Assembly: GCA_036275915.1 (NCBI GenBank)
Contig: DASUCV010000018.1
Coordinates: 291,054-355,053, forward strand
Source: Candidatus Polarisedimenticolaceae bacterium
Lineage (GTDB): Bacteria > Acidobacteriota > Polarisedimenticolia > Polarisedimenticolales > DASRJG01
Direction: 5' to 3'
DNA: 64,000 nt
In this document: in pieces, positions 1-11,147 of the stretch
How positions within the stretch are numbered: the stretch's first letter is position 1
Layout: every line of letters starts with the position of its first letter
Notes under the pieces: model-generated
The model's input: the letters and a program-made list of their open reading frames with translations, nothing else
Databases searched by the model: none
What the model was told of the DNA's origin: nothing
Position numbers and translations under genes: made by a program

Positions 1-1266
1 ACGAACGGCGACACGCACCTCGGCGGCGACGACATCGACCACGTCCTCATGGACTGGCTCGTCTCCGAGTTCAAGAAGGACCAGGGGATCGACCTCTCGA
101 AGGACAAGATGGCGCTCCAGCGCCTGAAGGAAGCGGCGGAGAAGGCGAAGTGCGAGCTCTCCTCCGTGACCGAGACCGAGATCAACCTCCCGTTCATCAC
201 CGCGGACGCGAGCGGGCCGAAGCACCTCCAGCTCAAGCTCAACCGCGCACGGTTCGAGCAGCTCGTCGATCCGATCCTGAAGCGCACGCTCACGCCGTGC
301 GAGCGGGCGATCGCGGACGCCGGGGTCAAGGCTTCCGACATCGACGAGGTCGTGCTCGTCGGTGGCTCGACGCGCATCCCGAAGATCCAGGAGATGGTCA
401 AGAGCTTCTTCGGGCGCGAGCCCCACAAGGGGGTCAACCCGGACGAGGTCGTCGCCGTCGGCGCCGCCGTGCAAGCGGGCGTGCTCGCCGGGGACGTGAA
501 GGACCTGCTCCTCCTCGACGTCACGCCTCTGACCCTCGGCATCGAGACCCTGGGCGGCGTCGCGACGAAGCTCATCGCGCGCAACGCGACGATCCCGACG
601 CGCAAGGCCGAGGTCTTCTCGACCGCCGCGGACGGGCAGACCTCCGTCGAGATCCACGTCCTCCAGGGCGAGCGGGAGATGGCGCGGGACAACAAGACGC
701 TCGGCCGGTTCCACCTGGACGGGATCGCGCCGGCGCCGCGAGGCGTTCCCCAGATCGAGGTCGCCTTCGACATCGACGCGAACGGCATCGTCCACGTGTC
801 GGCGAAGGACCTCGGCACCGGCCGCGAGCAGAAGATCACGATCACCGCCTCCTCGGGCCTGAGCAAGGATGAGGTCGACAAGCTCGTGCGCGAGGCCGAG
901 TCGCACGCTGCAGAGGACAAGAAGCAGCGGGGCGACGTCGAGGCGCGGAACCGCGCCGACCAGCTCGTCTACCAGACCGAGAAGGACCTCGCCGACAACG
1001 GCGCCAAGGTCCCCGAGTCCGACCAGGCGGCGCTCAAGGAGGCGATCGCGGCGGCGAAGAAGGCGCTCGAATCCGGTGACGGCGCCGGCATCCAGAGCGC
1101 GGCCGACGCGCTCGATCGCGCGCGCCTGCGCTTCGGCGAGGCGGTCTACCGGACGGCGAGCGCAGCACCTCCCGGCGGTCAGGACGCCGGGGCGAAGGCC
1201 CAGGACGGGAAGAGCGACGACGTCATCGATGCGGAAGTCGTCGACTCGGACCGCGGTAAGAACTGA
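1..1266 (+). CDS. dnaK: Chaperone DnaK (Hsp70), C-terminal ~420 aa; 5' end lies upstream of the window
   Basis: Frame 1 is open from nt 1 ([19 protein letters not shown]...). It carries Hsp70 signatures [28 protein letters not shown] and [14 protein letters not shown], plus an acidic C-terminal tail. Stop is TGA 1264-1266. Confidence 0.96.
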   Translation, partial: TNGDTHLGGDDIDHVLMDWLVSEFKKDQGIDLSKDKMALQRLKEAAEKAKCELSSVTETEINLPFITADASGPKHLQLKLNRARFEQLVDPILKRTLTPCERAIADAGVKASDIDEVVLVGGSTRIPKIQEMVKSFFGREPHKGVNPDEVVAVGAAVQAGVLAGDVKDLLLLDVTPLTLGIETLGGVATKLIARNATIPTRKAEVFSTAADGQTSVEIHVLQGEREMARDNKTLGRFHLDGIAPAPRGVPQIEVAFDIDANGIVHVSAKDLGTGREQKITITASSGLSKDEVDKLVREAESHAAEDKKQRGDVEARNRADQLVYQTEKDLADNGAKVPESDQAALKEAIAAAKKALESGDGAGIQSAADALDRARLRFGEAVYRTASAAPPGGQDAGAKAQDGKSDDVIDAEVVDSDRGKN

Positions 1267-1291
1267 CCGCGTGCGCCCCGCCTGCTAGACT
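1263..1291 (+). promoter_or_regulatory. Candidate sigma70-type promoter for hsp20 (CTGACC-17-TAGACT)
   Basis: CTGACC 1263-1268, 17-nt spacer, TAGACT 1286-1291, 32 nt upstream of GTG 1324. The -35 matches TTGACA at only 4/6. No CIRCE or HAIR heat-shock operator is seen. Confidence 0.35.
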
Positions 1292-1323
1292 CACGTCACC
1301 GGTCCGTCCGGCGGAGGTCTGGC

Positions 1324-1770
1324 GTGGCGTCATCCGAGTGGGACCCTTTGAAGGACCTCGCGGGGATCCAGGAGCGGATGAACAAGCTCTTCGAGAGCGC
1401 TCTCGCCCGCACGAACTTCGACGCCGAGGGCGGGGCGGGGGCCTGGACGCCGGTCGCGGACGTGTACGAGAGTGCCGAGCGGCTCGTCTTCTGCCTCGAG
1501 CTGCCGGGGCTCACCCAGAAGGAGATCGACGTCCGCCTCGAGGATGACGAGATGGTCGTCCAGGGCGAGCGGGCCATGGGCCGCGGCGGCTCGGGGGAGC
1601 AGTTCCACCGGGTCGAGCGGTCCTACGGGAAGTTCGTCCGGCGCTTCCGCCTTCCGTCCCATGTCGATCGCGATTCCGTCATCGCATCCTACGTCGACGG
1701 CGTTCTCACGATCTCGCTCACGAAGACCGAAGACGCCGGACGGCGGCCGATTCGGGTCTCCATCCGCTGA
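1324..1770 (+). CDS. Small heat-shock protein, Hsp20/alpha-crystallin family
   Basis: 148 aa. The alpha-crystallin core is visible (WTPVADVYESAERLVFCLELPG, FHRVERSYGKFVRRFRLP, ASYVDGVLTISL). GGAGG sits 6 nt before GTG 1324. Confidence 0.9.
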   Translation: MASSEWDPLKDLAGIQERMNKLFESALARTNFDAEGGAGAWTPVADVYESAERLVFCLELPGLTQKEIDVRLEDDEMVVQGERAMGRGGSGEQFHRVERSYGKFVRRFRLPSHVDRDSVIASYVDGVLTISLTKTEDAGRRPIRVSIR

Positions 1771-1773
1771 CGC

Positions 1774-1782
1774 TGGTATACT
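1774..1782 (+). promoter_or_regulatory. Candidate extended -10 promoter (TGGTATACT) for the sigma factor gene
   Basis: TGnTATACT lies 22 nt upstream of ATG 1805, with no -35 match. The same TGnTATACT box recurs upstream of ribH and the M50 peptidase gene. Confidence 0.35.
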
Positions 1783-1804
1783 GCGCCCGCGACCCGGGGA
1801 GTCG

Positions 1805-2662
1805 ATGGAAGACGAACGCCAAGAAACCCGCGGTGGCGGCTCCGAATCCCTCAAGAAGTATCTCAAGGAGATCTCGCGGCTGCCCAGGATCACCGCCGAG
1901 GAGGAGCGAGTCCTCGGCGCGAAGATCCACAAGGGTGACCAGAAGGCCCTCCGCAAGCTCGTCGAGGCGAACCTCAGGTTCGTCGTCTCGTACGCGAAGC
2001 GCTATCGCGGCTGCGGGATGTCGTTCCTCGATCTGATCAACGAGGGGAACATCGGGCTGATCGAAGCGGCCAAGCGCTACGACCCGGGAAAGAACGTCAA
2101 GTTCATCACCTACGCGGTGTGGTGGGTGCGCCAGGCGATCATTCACGCGCTCTCCGACCAGAGCGGTGCGTTCCGACTCCCGCAGAAGCAGGCGAACCTG
2201 CTCTACCGGATCGGCAAGGCGCAATCCGCCTTGAGGAGCCAGCTCCAGCGCGCGCCGACGGCCCAGGAGGTCGCGGAGCGAATCGAGGCGACCCTGGAAG
2301 AGGTCACCGCCCTTCTTCAGGTGGCCGACGACAACATTTCCCTCTCCGCCGTCATCGACGAGGAGCACGAGTTCCATCTCTCCGACAAGCTCGAGCAGGA
2401 GACGATCCCGGCGGCGGACTTCGTCTTCCTCCGCCAGTCCCTGAGGCGCCACATCACGCAGGCGCTCGGCGAGCTCGACGACAAGGAAGAGCGGGTGCTG
2501 CGCCTCCGGTTCGGGCTCGACGGCTCGGATCCCAAGACCTTGAAGGAAATCGGCGAGATGATGAACCTCTCGCGCGAGCGCATCCGCCAGATCGAAGCCC
2601 AAGCCTTGGACAAGCTGCACCGCTCCCAGAAGTGCCAGCAGCTCCGGGGCTACCTCAACTGA
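1805..2662 (+). CDS. RNA polymerase sigma factor, sigma-70 family (short, group 2/3-like; not RpoH-like)
   Basis: 285 aa from the internal ATG 1805, which is preceded by GGGGAG. The ORF-track start at 1472 overlaps hsp20. Region 2 is present (NLRFVVSYAKRY, DLINEGNIGLIEAAKRYD, FITYAVWWVRQAI), and region 4 has an HTH (LKEIGEMMNLSRERIRQIEAQAL). No RpoH box was seen. Confidence 0.9.
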   Translation: MEDERQETRGGGSESLKKYLKEISRLPRITAEEERVLGAKIHKGDQKALRKLVEANLRFVVSYAKRYRGCGMSFLDLINEGNIGLIEAAKRYDPGKNVKFITYAVWWVRQAIIHALSDQSGAFRLPQKQANLLYRIGKAQSALRSQLQRAPTAQEVAERIEATLEEVTALLQVADDNISLSAVIDEEHEFHLSDKLEQETIPAADFVFLRQSLRRHITQALGELDDKEERVLRLRFGLDGSDPKTLKEIGEMMNLSRERIRQIEAQALDKLHRSQKCQQLRGYLN

Positions 2663-2663
2663 C

Positions 2664-3386
2664 GTGAGCGAACGCTGCGCCGATTGCGGGGGAACGGGCT
2701 TCACCATCCGCACCGACGAAGCCGGGATCGCCACGGCGGCGAGGTGCGCGTGCGCCTACCGTGAGCGCGGGACCCAGCTCCTGCGCGCCGCGCGGATCCC
2801 GCGCCGTTACGAGCTGTGCAGCTTCGACAACTTCGACCTCGTCGCGGACGAGCTCAAGGCGCCGCTCGGCACCGCGAAGGACTGGTTCGAGAGCTGGCCC
2901 GACCGTATCGAGCATGGGTTGCTGTTCCAGGGGCCTCCCGGCACCGGCAAGACCCATCTCGCCGTCGCGATCCTCCGAGATCTCGCCGAGCGGAAGGGCG
3001 CCCACGTTCATTTCGCCGAGCAGCGCGAGCTGCTCAAAGACCTCCAGTCGACGTTCGACGCGTCGGGGCGATCGGAGGCCGAGGTCCTGGCGCCGGTACT
3101 GGAGGCCGAAGTCCTGCTTCTGGACGATCTCGGTGCCGGGAGAACGACGCCGTGGGCTCAGGACGTCATGCACGACGTGCTCGCCCACCGCTACAACCGG
3201 CGCCTCCCGACCCTCATGACGACGAACCGCCCGATGGGCGACGAGGACGGCGTGGGCGAGGGGCTCTCGCTCAAGGACCGGCTCGGGGACGCCCTGATGT
3301 CCCGCCTCTACGAGATGTGTCTCATCGTTCCGGTCGTCGCGAAGGATTTCCGGCGCGAGGTCCGCCACGCGCAGCATCGATTCTGA
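2664..3386 (+). CDS. DnaC/DnaI-like AAA+ ATPase (putative helicase loader) with N-terminal Cys-rich zinc-ribbon-like segment
   Basis: 240 aa. N-terminal CxxC...CxC (CADCGG...ARCAC), Walker A GPPGTGKTHL and Walker B VLLLDDLG. Overall layout matches DnaC/IstB-family ATPases. There is a 1-nt gap after the sigma gene. Confidence 0.75.
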   Translation: MSERCADCGGTGFTIRTDEAGIATAARCACAYRERGTQLLRAARIPRRYELCSFDNFDLVADELKAPLGTAKDWFESWPDRIEHGLLFQGPPGTGKTHLAVAILRDLAERKGAHVHFAEQRELLKDLQSTFDASGRSEAEVLAPVLEAEVLLLDDLGAGRTTPWAQDVMHDVLAHRYNRRLPTLMTTNRPMGDEDGVGEGLSLKDRLGDALMSRLYEMCLIVPVVAKDFRREVRHAQHRF

Positions 3387-3400
3387 TCGAAAGGAACCGG

Positions 3401-4189
3401 ATGCCCGACACCTACCGCCAGGTCACCTACGACGTGAAGGAACGCGTCGCCCGGATCACCGTGAACCGTCCGGAGAAGCTGAACGCGCTCAACCGCGAGA
3501 CGACGCTTGAGATCGCCGCCGCAGCGCGGACCGCGATCGACGATCCCGCCGCCGGGGTCATCGTCGTCGGAGGCGCGGGGGAGAAGGCGTTCGTGGCGGG
3601 GGCCGACATCGCGGAGATGGCGACCTTGACCCCGCGGCAGGCGGAGGAGTTCGCGCACGATCTGAACCGTAGCTTCGAGACCCTCGAGCGCTCGCCGAAG
3701 CCGGTGATCGCGGCGGTGAACGGCTTCGCCCTCGGCGGCGGGTGCGAGCTGGCGATGGCGTGCCACGTGCGGATCGCGTCCGAGACCGCGAAGTTCGGTC
3801 AGCCGGAGGTCGGCCTCGGACTGATCCCGGGCGCCGGCGGGACGCAGCGCCTCCCGCGCCTCGTCGGGCGCGGACGCGCACTCGACCTCATCTTGACCGG
3901 CGACATGATCGACGCCGCGGAGGCGTACCGGATCGGGCTCGTCACGAAGGTCGTCCCCCAGGCCGACCTCGCGGGCACCGTCGCGGCGTATGCCGCGAAG
4001 CTCTTGGCGAAGGGCCCGCTCGCGCTCACCCGCGCGCTCGAGGCGGTCATCTCGGGAGGGGAGACGGCGCTTCCCGAGGGCCTGCGCCTCGAGGCCTCGC
4101 TCTTCGGCCTCGGATTCGCGACCGAGGACATGCGCGAGGGCACCCGCGCGTTCGTGGAGAAGCGGAAGCCGCAGTTCTCCGGGCGGTAG
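3401..4189 (+). CDS. Enoyl-CoA hydratase/isomerase (crotonase) family protein
   Basis: 262 aa from ATG 3401. Crotonase signatures are present: ITVNRPEKLNAL, AFVAGADI, AAVNGFALGGGCELAMACH, FGQPEVGLGLIPGAGGTQRLPRLVG. Confidence 0.9.
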   Translation: MPDTYRQVTYDVKERVARITVNRPEKLNALNRETTLEIAAAARTAIDDPAAGVIVVGGAGEKAFVAGADIAEMATLTPRQAEEFAHDLNRSFETLERSPKPVIAAVNGFALGGGCELAMACHVRIASETAKFGQPEVGLGLIPGAGGTQRLPRLVGRGRALDLILTGDMIDAAEAYRIGLVTKVVPQADLAGTVAAYAAKLLAKGPLALTRALEAVISGGETALPEGLRLEASLFGLGFATEDMREGTRAFVEKRKPQFSGR

Positions 4190-4192
4190 ACG

Positions 4193-6151
4193 GTGCAGCG
4201 CATTCGCCTCCTCCGCGTCCTCCTGCCGATCTTCCTCATCGCCTTCATCATCGTGATCGGTCTCACGCTGCGCACCCGGCCGACGCGCACCGGGCTCCCG
4301 GCGGACCTCGCGAAGGACACGCGCGCGCACGCGGAGGGGTTCACCTTCAGCGATCTCGTCGCCGGCAAGCGGCGCCTCATGGTCCAGGCGAAGGTCGGAC
4401 GGGTCGACAACGCGGGCCGGTTCGACGTGGAGGAGGTTCAGCGCGTCGAGATCGAGCGGGAGAACCAACCGCCCCTCATCCTCACCGCGGCGCGGGGCGC
4501 CGGGGCCGGCCCTCAGGGCAAGAGGACCATGCGCCTCGAGGGCGGCGTCACCGTCCACGACGACGACACGGGGCTCGATCTCGCGATCCCGACGGTCGAG
4601 ATCGACCAGGTCACCGGTGTCGTGCGCTCCGTCGGCGACGTGACGATCACCGGCGCAGTCTGGAAGGGAAACGCCTCGGCGCTCATCTACAGCCTCACCG
4701 GACAGCCGGCGGAGATCATCGGCGTCCATGTCGTGGGAGTGGACGGCGCCGAGCTGTCCGCCCATCGCGCCGTCGTCGAGCCGAAGTCGCAGACGCTGAC
4801 GCTCGACGGCGACGTCGACGCGAAGCAGGGAGGGATGACGCTCAAGGCTCCGATCGTCGTCCTGGTCCGGGGACCGAAGGGAAAGATCGAGAGCGCGACG
4901 GCCTCGTCCCAGGTGAGCGGCTCGATGACGTCGTCGACGAGCGGCGCGGGGACGTTCTCCGCCCGGGAAGCGCGCGCGAACTGGGCGCCGGACGGGAAGG
5001 TGCGCGCGGTCTCGCTCTCCGGCGGCGCCCACGTCCAGCACATCCGGGGTGAGATCCTCGCCGACCGCATCGACGCGCAGGCTCAAGACGACGGAGGCTG
5101 GGCGCTCGACGCGACGGGGCAGGCGGTCGTGACCGGCCCGACGCAGAAGGGGACCGGCAAGCTGACCGCGTCCACGGTTCGCGCGCACCTCGGCGGCGAC
5201 GGCGAGATCAAGGACGGCGTCGCCACGGGCGACGTCACCTTCGACGGCGACGGGACGTCGGGCGAGGCTGCGCAGGCGACATTCTCCGGGCTCGGGTCCG
5301 AGGGCGAGGTCACGCTCCGCGGCGCACCGGAGCGGCGCGCGCGTCTCGCCAACGCCCGGACGCGCGTCGTCGCCGACTCGATCGAGAGCGACCTTAAGGG
5401 CACCAAGATGACGGCGGAAGGACGCGTCGAGTCGACGCTCCTGCCGGCCGCCAGCTCGGACAGGAGCGGGCCCCAGACGCCGATGTTCGCCACCGACGAG
5501 GCGGTCCATTTCGTCTCGACGTCGCTCGAGAGCACGAGCTCCGGCGCGCGTCTCCTCTTCCGCGGCGATGTCCGCGGATGGCAGGGCGACCGAACGCTCT
5601 CCGCCGACGAGGTCGAGATGATCCAGGAAGGTCAGATCCTGAACGCCACCGGCTCGGTCGTCACGCGCATGCCCCGGGTCGCGGGGAAGGCGGCGGGCGA
5701 AGCGGACTTCATCCAGGTCGTCGCCGACAAGCTCCGTTACGGCGGCACCGCGCACGCGGCGGAGTACAACGGGTCGGTGCGCGCGAGGCAGGTCGAGGGC
5801 TGGCTCGAGGCGCCGCGTCTCGTCGTCGCCCTCCTCGAGGGCGGACACGGCGTGCACGACGTCCAGGCCTACGACGGTGTCCGCTTCGAGTACCGCTCCC
5901 TCGGGGGCGACAAGGGCGCCGGCAAGGGCACGCCGACCCAGGCGACGGGAGAAGGGGATCGCGCGGTCTACGAGGCCGGCGAGCAGCTCCTTCGCCTCTT
6001 CGGAGACAAAGGGCCCGCGACCGTGCGCAACACCGGGCCGAGCGGCGGGACGACCGTGGGACGGGTGTTACGCTACCACCTCGATACGGGTGCCTTGGAA
6101 GTCGAGTCCGGTGAGCGTGACCGAGCGACCATCAAGACCCCCAAGAGCTGA
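4193..6151 (+). CDS. Membrane-anchored LptC/LptA (OstA-like) protein, unusually long (652 aa)
   Basis: An N-terminal TM helix ([19 protein letters not shown]) is followed by long beta-strand-rich, Gly/Thr/Val-rich sequence. The gene sits immediately upstream of lptB-rpoN-hpf, which is the conserved lptC-lptA-lptB-rpoN-hpf context. The domain call rests on context and composition, not on a recognised motif. Confidence 0.6.
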   Translation: MQRIRLLRVLLPIFLIAFIIVIGLTLRTRPTRTGLPADLAKDTRAHAEGFTFSDLVAGKRRLMVQAKVGRVDNAGRFDVEEVQRVEIERENQPPLILTAARGAGAGPQGKRTMRLEGGVTVHDDDTGLDLAIPTVEIDQVTGVVRSVGDVTITGAVWKGNASALIYSLTGQPAEIIGVHVVGVDGAELSAHRAVVEPKSQTLTLDGDVDAKQGGMTLKAPIVVLVRGPKGKIESATASSQVSGSMTSSTSGAGTFSAREARANWAPDGKVRAVSLSGGAHVQHIRGEILADRIDAQAQDDGGWALDATGQAVVTGPTQKGTGKLTASTVRAHLGGDGEIKDGVATGDVTFDGDGTSGEAAQATFSGLGSEGEVTLRGAPERRARLANARTRVVADSIESDLKGTKMTAEGRVESTLLPAASSDRSGPQTPMFATDEAVHFVSTSLESTSSGARLLFRGDVRGWQGDRTLSADEVEMIQEGQILNATGSVVTRMPRVAGKAAGEADFIQVVADKLRYGGTAHAAEYNGSVRARQVEGWLEAPRLVVALLEGGHGVHDVQAYDGVRFEYRSLGGDKGAGKGTPTQATGEGDRAVYEAGEQLLRLFGDKGPATVRNTGPSGGTTVGRVLRYHLDTGALEVESGERDRATIKTPKS

Positions 6152-6158
6152 GGCGAGG

Positions 6159-6920
6159 ATGGCGGAGCGATCGAGCGCGAGCGTCCAGGACGCGGCGCGC
6201 GGTCTCGTCGGGGAGTCGCTGGACAAGTCCTACCGCGGGCGCCGCGTCGTCCAGGACGTGTCGGTGCGCATCGCGCCCGGCGAGGTCGTCGGCCTTCTGG
6301 GCCCGAACGGCGCCGGCAAGACGACCTCCTTCTATCTCATCCTCGGTCTCGTGCCCGCCGACGCAGGGAAGGTCGTCCTGGACGGCCGGGACATCACGAA
6401 GTCGCCGATGTATCAGCGCGCGCGGGAGGGGATCGGCTACCTGCCGCAGGAAGCCTCGGTCTTCCGGCGCCTCTCGGTGGAAGAGAACGTGCTCGCGGTG
6501 CTCGAGCTCCAGGGGCTCGACGCGGAGACCGCGCACGAGCGCGCGAGGACCCTGCTCCAGGAGTTCGGCCTCGCCCATGTGGCGCGCACTCCCGGTTACG
6601 CGCTGTCCGGCGGAGAAAGGCGCCGCGTCGAGATCGCGCGCGCGCTCGCACTCGAGCCGCGCTACATGCTGCTCGACGAGCCGTTCGCCGGAATCGACCC
6701 GATCGCCGTCGGCGAGCTGCAACGAATCGTGACGGGGCTGAAGTCGCGGGGCCTGGGCGTGCTGATCACCGATCACAATGTCCGCGAAACTTTGCAGATC
6801 GTGGATCGGGCCTATATTATCAGCCAGGGCCGAATCTTCCGACACGGAACGCCACAGGAACTCGCAGGCGATGCCGATGTGCGGCGGGTCTACCTGGGTG
6901 AGAATTTCAGGCTGAACTGA
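6159..6920 (+). CDS. lptB: LPS export ABC transporter ATP-binding protein LptB
   Basis: 253 aa from ATG 6159. Walker [10 protein letters not shown], signature [15 protein letters not shown], Walker [13 protein letters not shown] and H-loop ITDHNV are present. The gene lies directly upstream of rpoN. Confidence 0.92.
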   Translation: MAERSSASVQDAARGLVGESLDKSYRGRRVVQDVSVRIAPGEVVGLLGPNGAGKTTSFYLILGLVPADAGKVVLDGRDITKSPMYQRAREGIGYLPQEASVFRRLSVEENVLAVLELQGLDAETAHERARTLLQEFGLAHVARTPGYALSGGERRRVEIARALALEPRYMLLDEPFAGIDPIAVGELQRIVTGLKSRGLGVLITDHNVRETLQIVDRAYIISQGRIFRHGTPQELAGDADVRRVYLGENFRLN

Positions 6921-6944
6921 TCCGCGCGCGAGGCGATCTGCTCG

Positions 6945-8426
6945 ATGGCCCTCGAACAAAAACTCAATCTCAGGATGAGCCAACGGCTCATCATGACGCC
7001 TTCGCTGCAGCAGGCGATCAAGCTCCTCCAGATGTCGAAGCTCGAGCTCGTCGAGGAGATCCAGCAGGAGCTCAACGAGAACCCGGTCCTCGAGGAAGCC
7101 GCGGACGAGGCGCCTCCACCGGAGGTCCGCGAGCCCGAGCCCGCCCCCGCCGAATCGTCCGAGGCGGCGCCGGGTGAGGAAGCGGCCGAGCCGCAGACGA
7201 CGCCCGAGCCGGAGAGCAAGGACCTTTTCGACGACATCGACTACGAGTCGTACTTCCAGGATGTCGAGGGAAGCTACACGCCGCGCGCCGCGGTCGAGAC
7301 GGGGGAGGAGCTGCCCTCGTTCGAGAACACGCTCGCCGAGCGGCCCGGCCTCGCGGAGCACCTGACCTGGCAGCTCGACATGAGCGCCACTCCCGGCAGC
7401 ATGAAGGACATCGGCCGCGCGATCATCGGCAACCTCAACGAGGACGGCTACCTGCGCGCGAGCCTCGAAGAGATCCAGCAGATGGGCGCCTACGACGCCG
7501 ACGAGGTGCGCCAGACGCTGGCGCTGGTCCAGGGGTTCGACCCGCCGGGGGTCGCCTCGCGCGACCTCGTGGAATGCCTCACGATCCAGCTCCGCCATCT
7601 CGGCGAGGAGGGCTCGGTCGCCGAGACGATCGTCCTCCACCACATGGACAAGCTCCAGACCCGGCGCTACAAGGAGCTCGCCGAGATCCTCGCGCTCCCG
7701 CTCGACGACGTGCTCGCCGAGATCGAGATCATCAAGGGCCTCGACCCGCGCCCCGGGCAGAAGTACAGCGTCGAGAGCAGCCGGTACGTCGTCCCCGACG
7801 TCTACGTCGTGAAGATCGACGACGAGTACAACGTCATGCTCAACGAAGAGGGGCTGCCGCGCCTCAGGATCAGCCCGGTCTACCGGCGCATGGTCGAGCG
7901 CGGGGGCGGCGCCGACACACCGGCCGAGGCGAAGGACTACGTCCGCAACAAGCTGCGCTCGGCGTTCCGGCTCATCAAGAGCCTTGAGGAGCGTCAGCGG
8001 ACGATCTTCAAGGTCGCGACCTCGATCGTGAAGCACCAGCGCGAGTTCCTCGACTTCGGCATCGAGCGCATGCGCCCGCTCGTGCTCAAGGACGTCGCCG
8101 ACGACATCGGCATGCATGAGAGCACGGTGAGCCGGGTCGTCAACAACAAGTACATGCACACCCACCGCGGCCTGTACGAGATGCGCTTCTTCTTCCACAG
8201 CGGGATCGCGTCGGTTCACGGCGGCGAGAACGTCTCGTCGCTCACCGTCAAGGAACGGATCCGGAAGATCATCGCGGGGGAGGCTCAGGGACGGCCGCTG
8301 TCCGACGCCGCGATCGTCAAGGTGTTGCTCGGCGAAGGCCTGCAGATCGCACGGCGGACGGTCGCGAAGTATCGTGAGGAGCTGAAGATTCCGTCATCGA
8401 GCTCGCGCAAGTCCGGGCTCTCCTGA
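6945..8426 (+). CDS. rpoN: RNA polymerase sigma-54 factor RpoN
   Basis: 493 aa. N-terminal region I (LKQSQRL-type LNLRMSQRLIMTPSLQQAIKLLQMS), an acidic region II and a C-terminal RpoN box (ARRTVAKYRE). Confidence 0.95.
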   Translation: MALEQKLNLRMSQRLIMTPSLQQAIKLLQMSKLELVEEIQQELNENPVLEEAADEAPPPEVREPEPAPAESSEAAPGEEAAEPQTTPEPESKDLFDDIDYESYFQDVEGSYTPRAAVETGEELPSFENTLAERPGLAEHLTWQLDMSATPGSMKDIGRAIIGNLNEDGYLRASLEEIQQMGAYDADEVRQTLALVQGFDPPGVASRDLVECLTIQLRHLGEEGSVAETIVLHHMDKLQTRRYKELAEILALPLDDVLAEIEIIKGLDPRPGQKYSVESSRYVVPDVYVVKIDDEYNVMLNEEGLPRLRISPVYRRMVERGGGADTPAEAKDYVRNKLRSAFRLIKSLEERQRTIFKVATSIVKHQREFLDFGIERMRPLVLKDVADDIGMHESTVSRVVNNKYMHTHRGLYEMRFFFHSGIASVHGGENVSSLTVKERIRKIIAGEAQGRPLSDAAIVKVLLGEGLQIARRTVAKYREELKIPSSSSRKSGLS

Positions 8427-8439
8427 GGAGGGGTCGACG

Positions 8440-8988
8440 ATGCGTGTCCACATCACCGGCCGGCAGGTCGAGGTGACGCCGGCGCTCCGGAAGTTCGCGG
8501 AAAGCAAGCTCAAGAAGGTCGAGAAGCTCCTGGACGGCCCGGCGGAGGCGCATGTCGTGCTCGCCGTCGAGAAGCACCGCCACCTCGCCGAGATCCAGGT
8601 CAAGTCGCGCCACGTGCTCCTCGCCGGAGCGCACGAGACCGAAGACCTCTACGCGTCGATCGGAGACGTCGTCCTCAAGCTCGAGCGGCAGGCGCTCAAG
8701 CACAAGGAGAAGCTGACGTCGAAGAAGAAACGCGAGGCGCGGCGGAGCGCCCCCGAGGCCGCACCGGTCGCGCCGGCCGCGGCACCCGCGCGGAAAAAAC
8801 GGCCCGCGCCCCGGGTCGCGAGGAGCGAGCGCTACCGCCTGAAGCCGCTGACCGCCGAGGACGCGGTCATGGAGCTCGAGGCCAACCGGTCCGACCTCCT
8901 CGTCTACCGTGACGCGAAGACCTACCGGGTCAACGTCGTCTACCGGATGAAGGACGGCAGCTTCGGCCTCGTCGACCCCGAGTTCTGA
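8440..8988 (+). CDS. hpf: Ribosome hibernation promoting factor (long HPF)
   Basis: 182 aa. The N-terminal sigma-54 modulation/S30AE fold is present (MRVHITGRQVEVTPALRKFAESKL). A C-terminal dimerisation domain follows (KPLTAEDAVMELEANRSDLLVYRD...YRMKDGSFGLV). It lies downstream of rpoN as in many bacteria. Confidence 0.92.
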   Translation: MRVHITGRQVEVTPALRKFAESKLKKVEKLLDGPAEAHVVLAVEKHRHLAEIQVKSRHVLLAGAHETEDLYASIGDVVLKLERQALKHKEKLTSKKKREARRSAPEAAPVAPAAAPARKKRPAPRVARSERYRLKPLTAEDAVMELEANRSDLLVYRDAKTYRVNVVYRMKDGSFGLVDPEF

Positions 8989-9003
8989 CGCCGGCCGCGT
9001 TTC

Positions 9004-9032
9004 TTGACCCCTCTCCGGAAGCCTGATAAGTT
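9004..9032 (+). promoter_or_regulatory. Sigma70-type promoter for the acyl-CoA mutase operon (TTGACC-17-TAAGTT), overlapped by an inverted repeat
   Basis: TTGACC 9004-9009, 17-nt spacer, TAAGTT 9027-9032, 31 nt upstream of GTG 9064. The inverted repeat CCGGAA-N10-TTCCGG (9015-9036) spans the spacer and -10. Confidence 0.5.
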
Positions 9033-9063
9033 CCGGCGCTGTAACATTTTCGGGGAGGACAGC

Positions 9064-10733
<1,670 letters not shown>

Positions 10734-10734
<1 letters not shown>

Positions 10735-11147
10735 TGACGGGCGAGCGGCGCCTCAGGCTCCTCGTGGGCAAGGTCGGACTCGACGGTCACGACCGCGGCG
10801 CGAAGATCATCGCGCGCGCTTTCCGCGACGCCGGCTTCGAGGTCATCTACACGGGCCTCCACCAGACTCCCGAGATGGTGGTGCAGACGGCGATCCAGGA
10901 AGACGTCGACGCGGTGTCGTTGTCGATCCTCTCTGGCGCGCACAATTACCTCTTCCCGCGCGTCATCGAGCTCCTGAGGGAGCGGGGGGCGATGGACATT
11001 GCCGTCTTCGGCGGCGGGATCGTTCCTGACGAGGACGTCCCGGGCCTGAAGAAGGCCGGCGTGCTCGAGATCTTCACCCCGGGAGCCTCGACCGAGGACG
11101 TCATCGCGTGGGTCCGTTCGAACGTGAAGCCGCGCGTGCTCCGATGA
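10734..11147 (+). CDS. Acyl-CoA mutase small subunit, cobalamin-binding domain
   Basis: 137 aa, with an ATGA overlap with the large subunit. B12-binding DxHxxG motif ([12 protein letters not shown]), then SILSGAH and GGGIVP. Confidence 0.9.

Noticed and set aside
1281-1292. 12-mer CCTGCTAGACTC repeated at 1281-1292 and 38235-38246, both just upstream of gene starts
   Set aside because: Many chance 12-mer repeats are expected among all position pairs in 64 kb. The shared part is probably just the TAGACT -10-like hexamer in a GC context, not a mobile or regulatory repeat family.
2664-3386. DnaC/IstB-like ATPase as the helper gene of an IS21-family element
   Set aside because: There is no adjacent IstA transposase, no terminal inverted repeats and no disrupted flanking genes. 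It is translationally adjacent to housekeeping genes.
3308-5857. 849-aa minus-strand ORF, and similar giants at 11101-14106 (-), 46269-49430 (+), 52795-55185 (+), 52811-55432 (-), 8317-10686 (-) and 6132-8219 (-)
   Set aside because: All lie opposite to, or out of frame with, genes carrying unmistakable family signatures (valS, dnaE, leuS, mutase, rpoN, etc.). They have R/A/G/P/D/E-biased composition and no recognisable domains, so I treat them as GC-driven artefacts.
9004-9063. TTG 9004 as the start of the mutase large subunit
   Set aside because: That TTG is the first three bases of the TTGACC -35 hexamer. GTG 9064 has a GGGGAGG Shine-Dalgarno 7 nt upstream and sits downstream of the predicted TSS.
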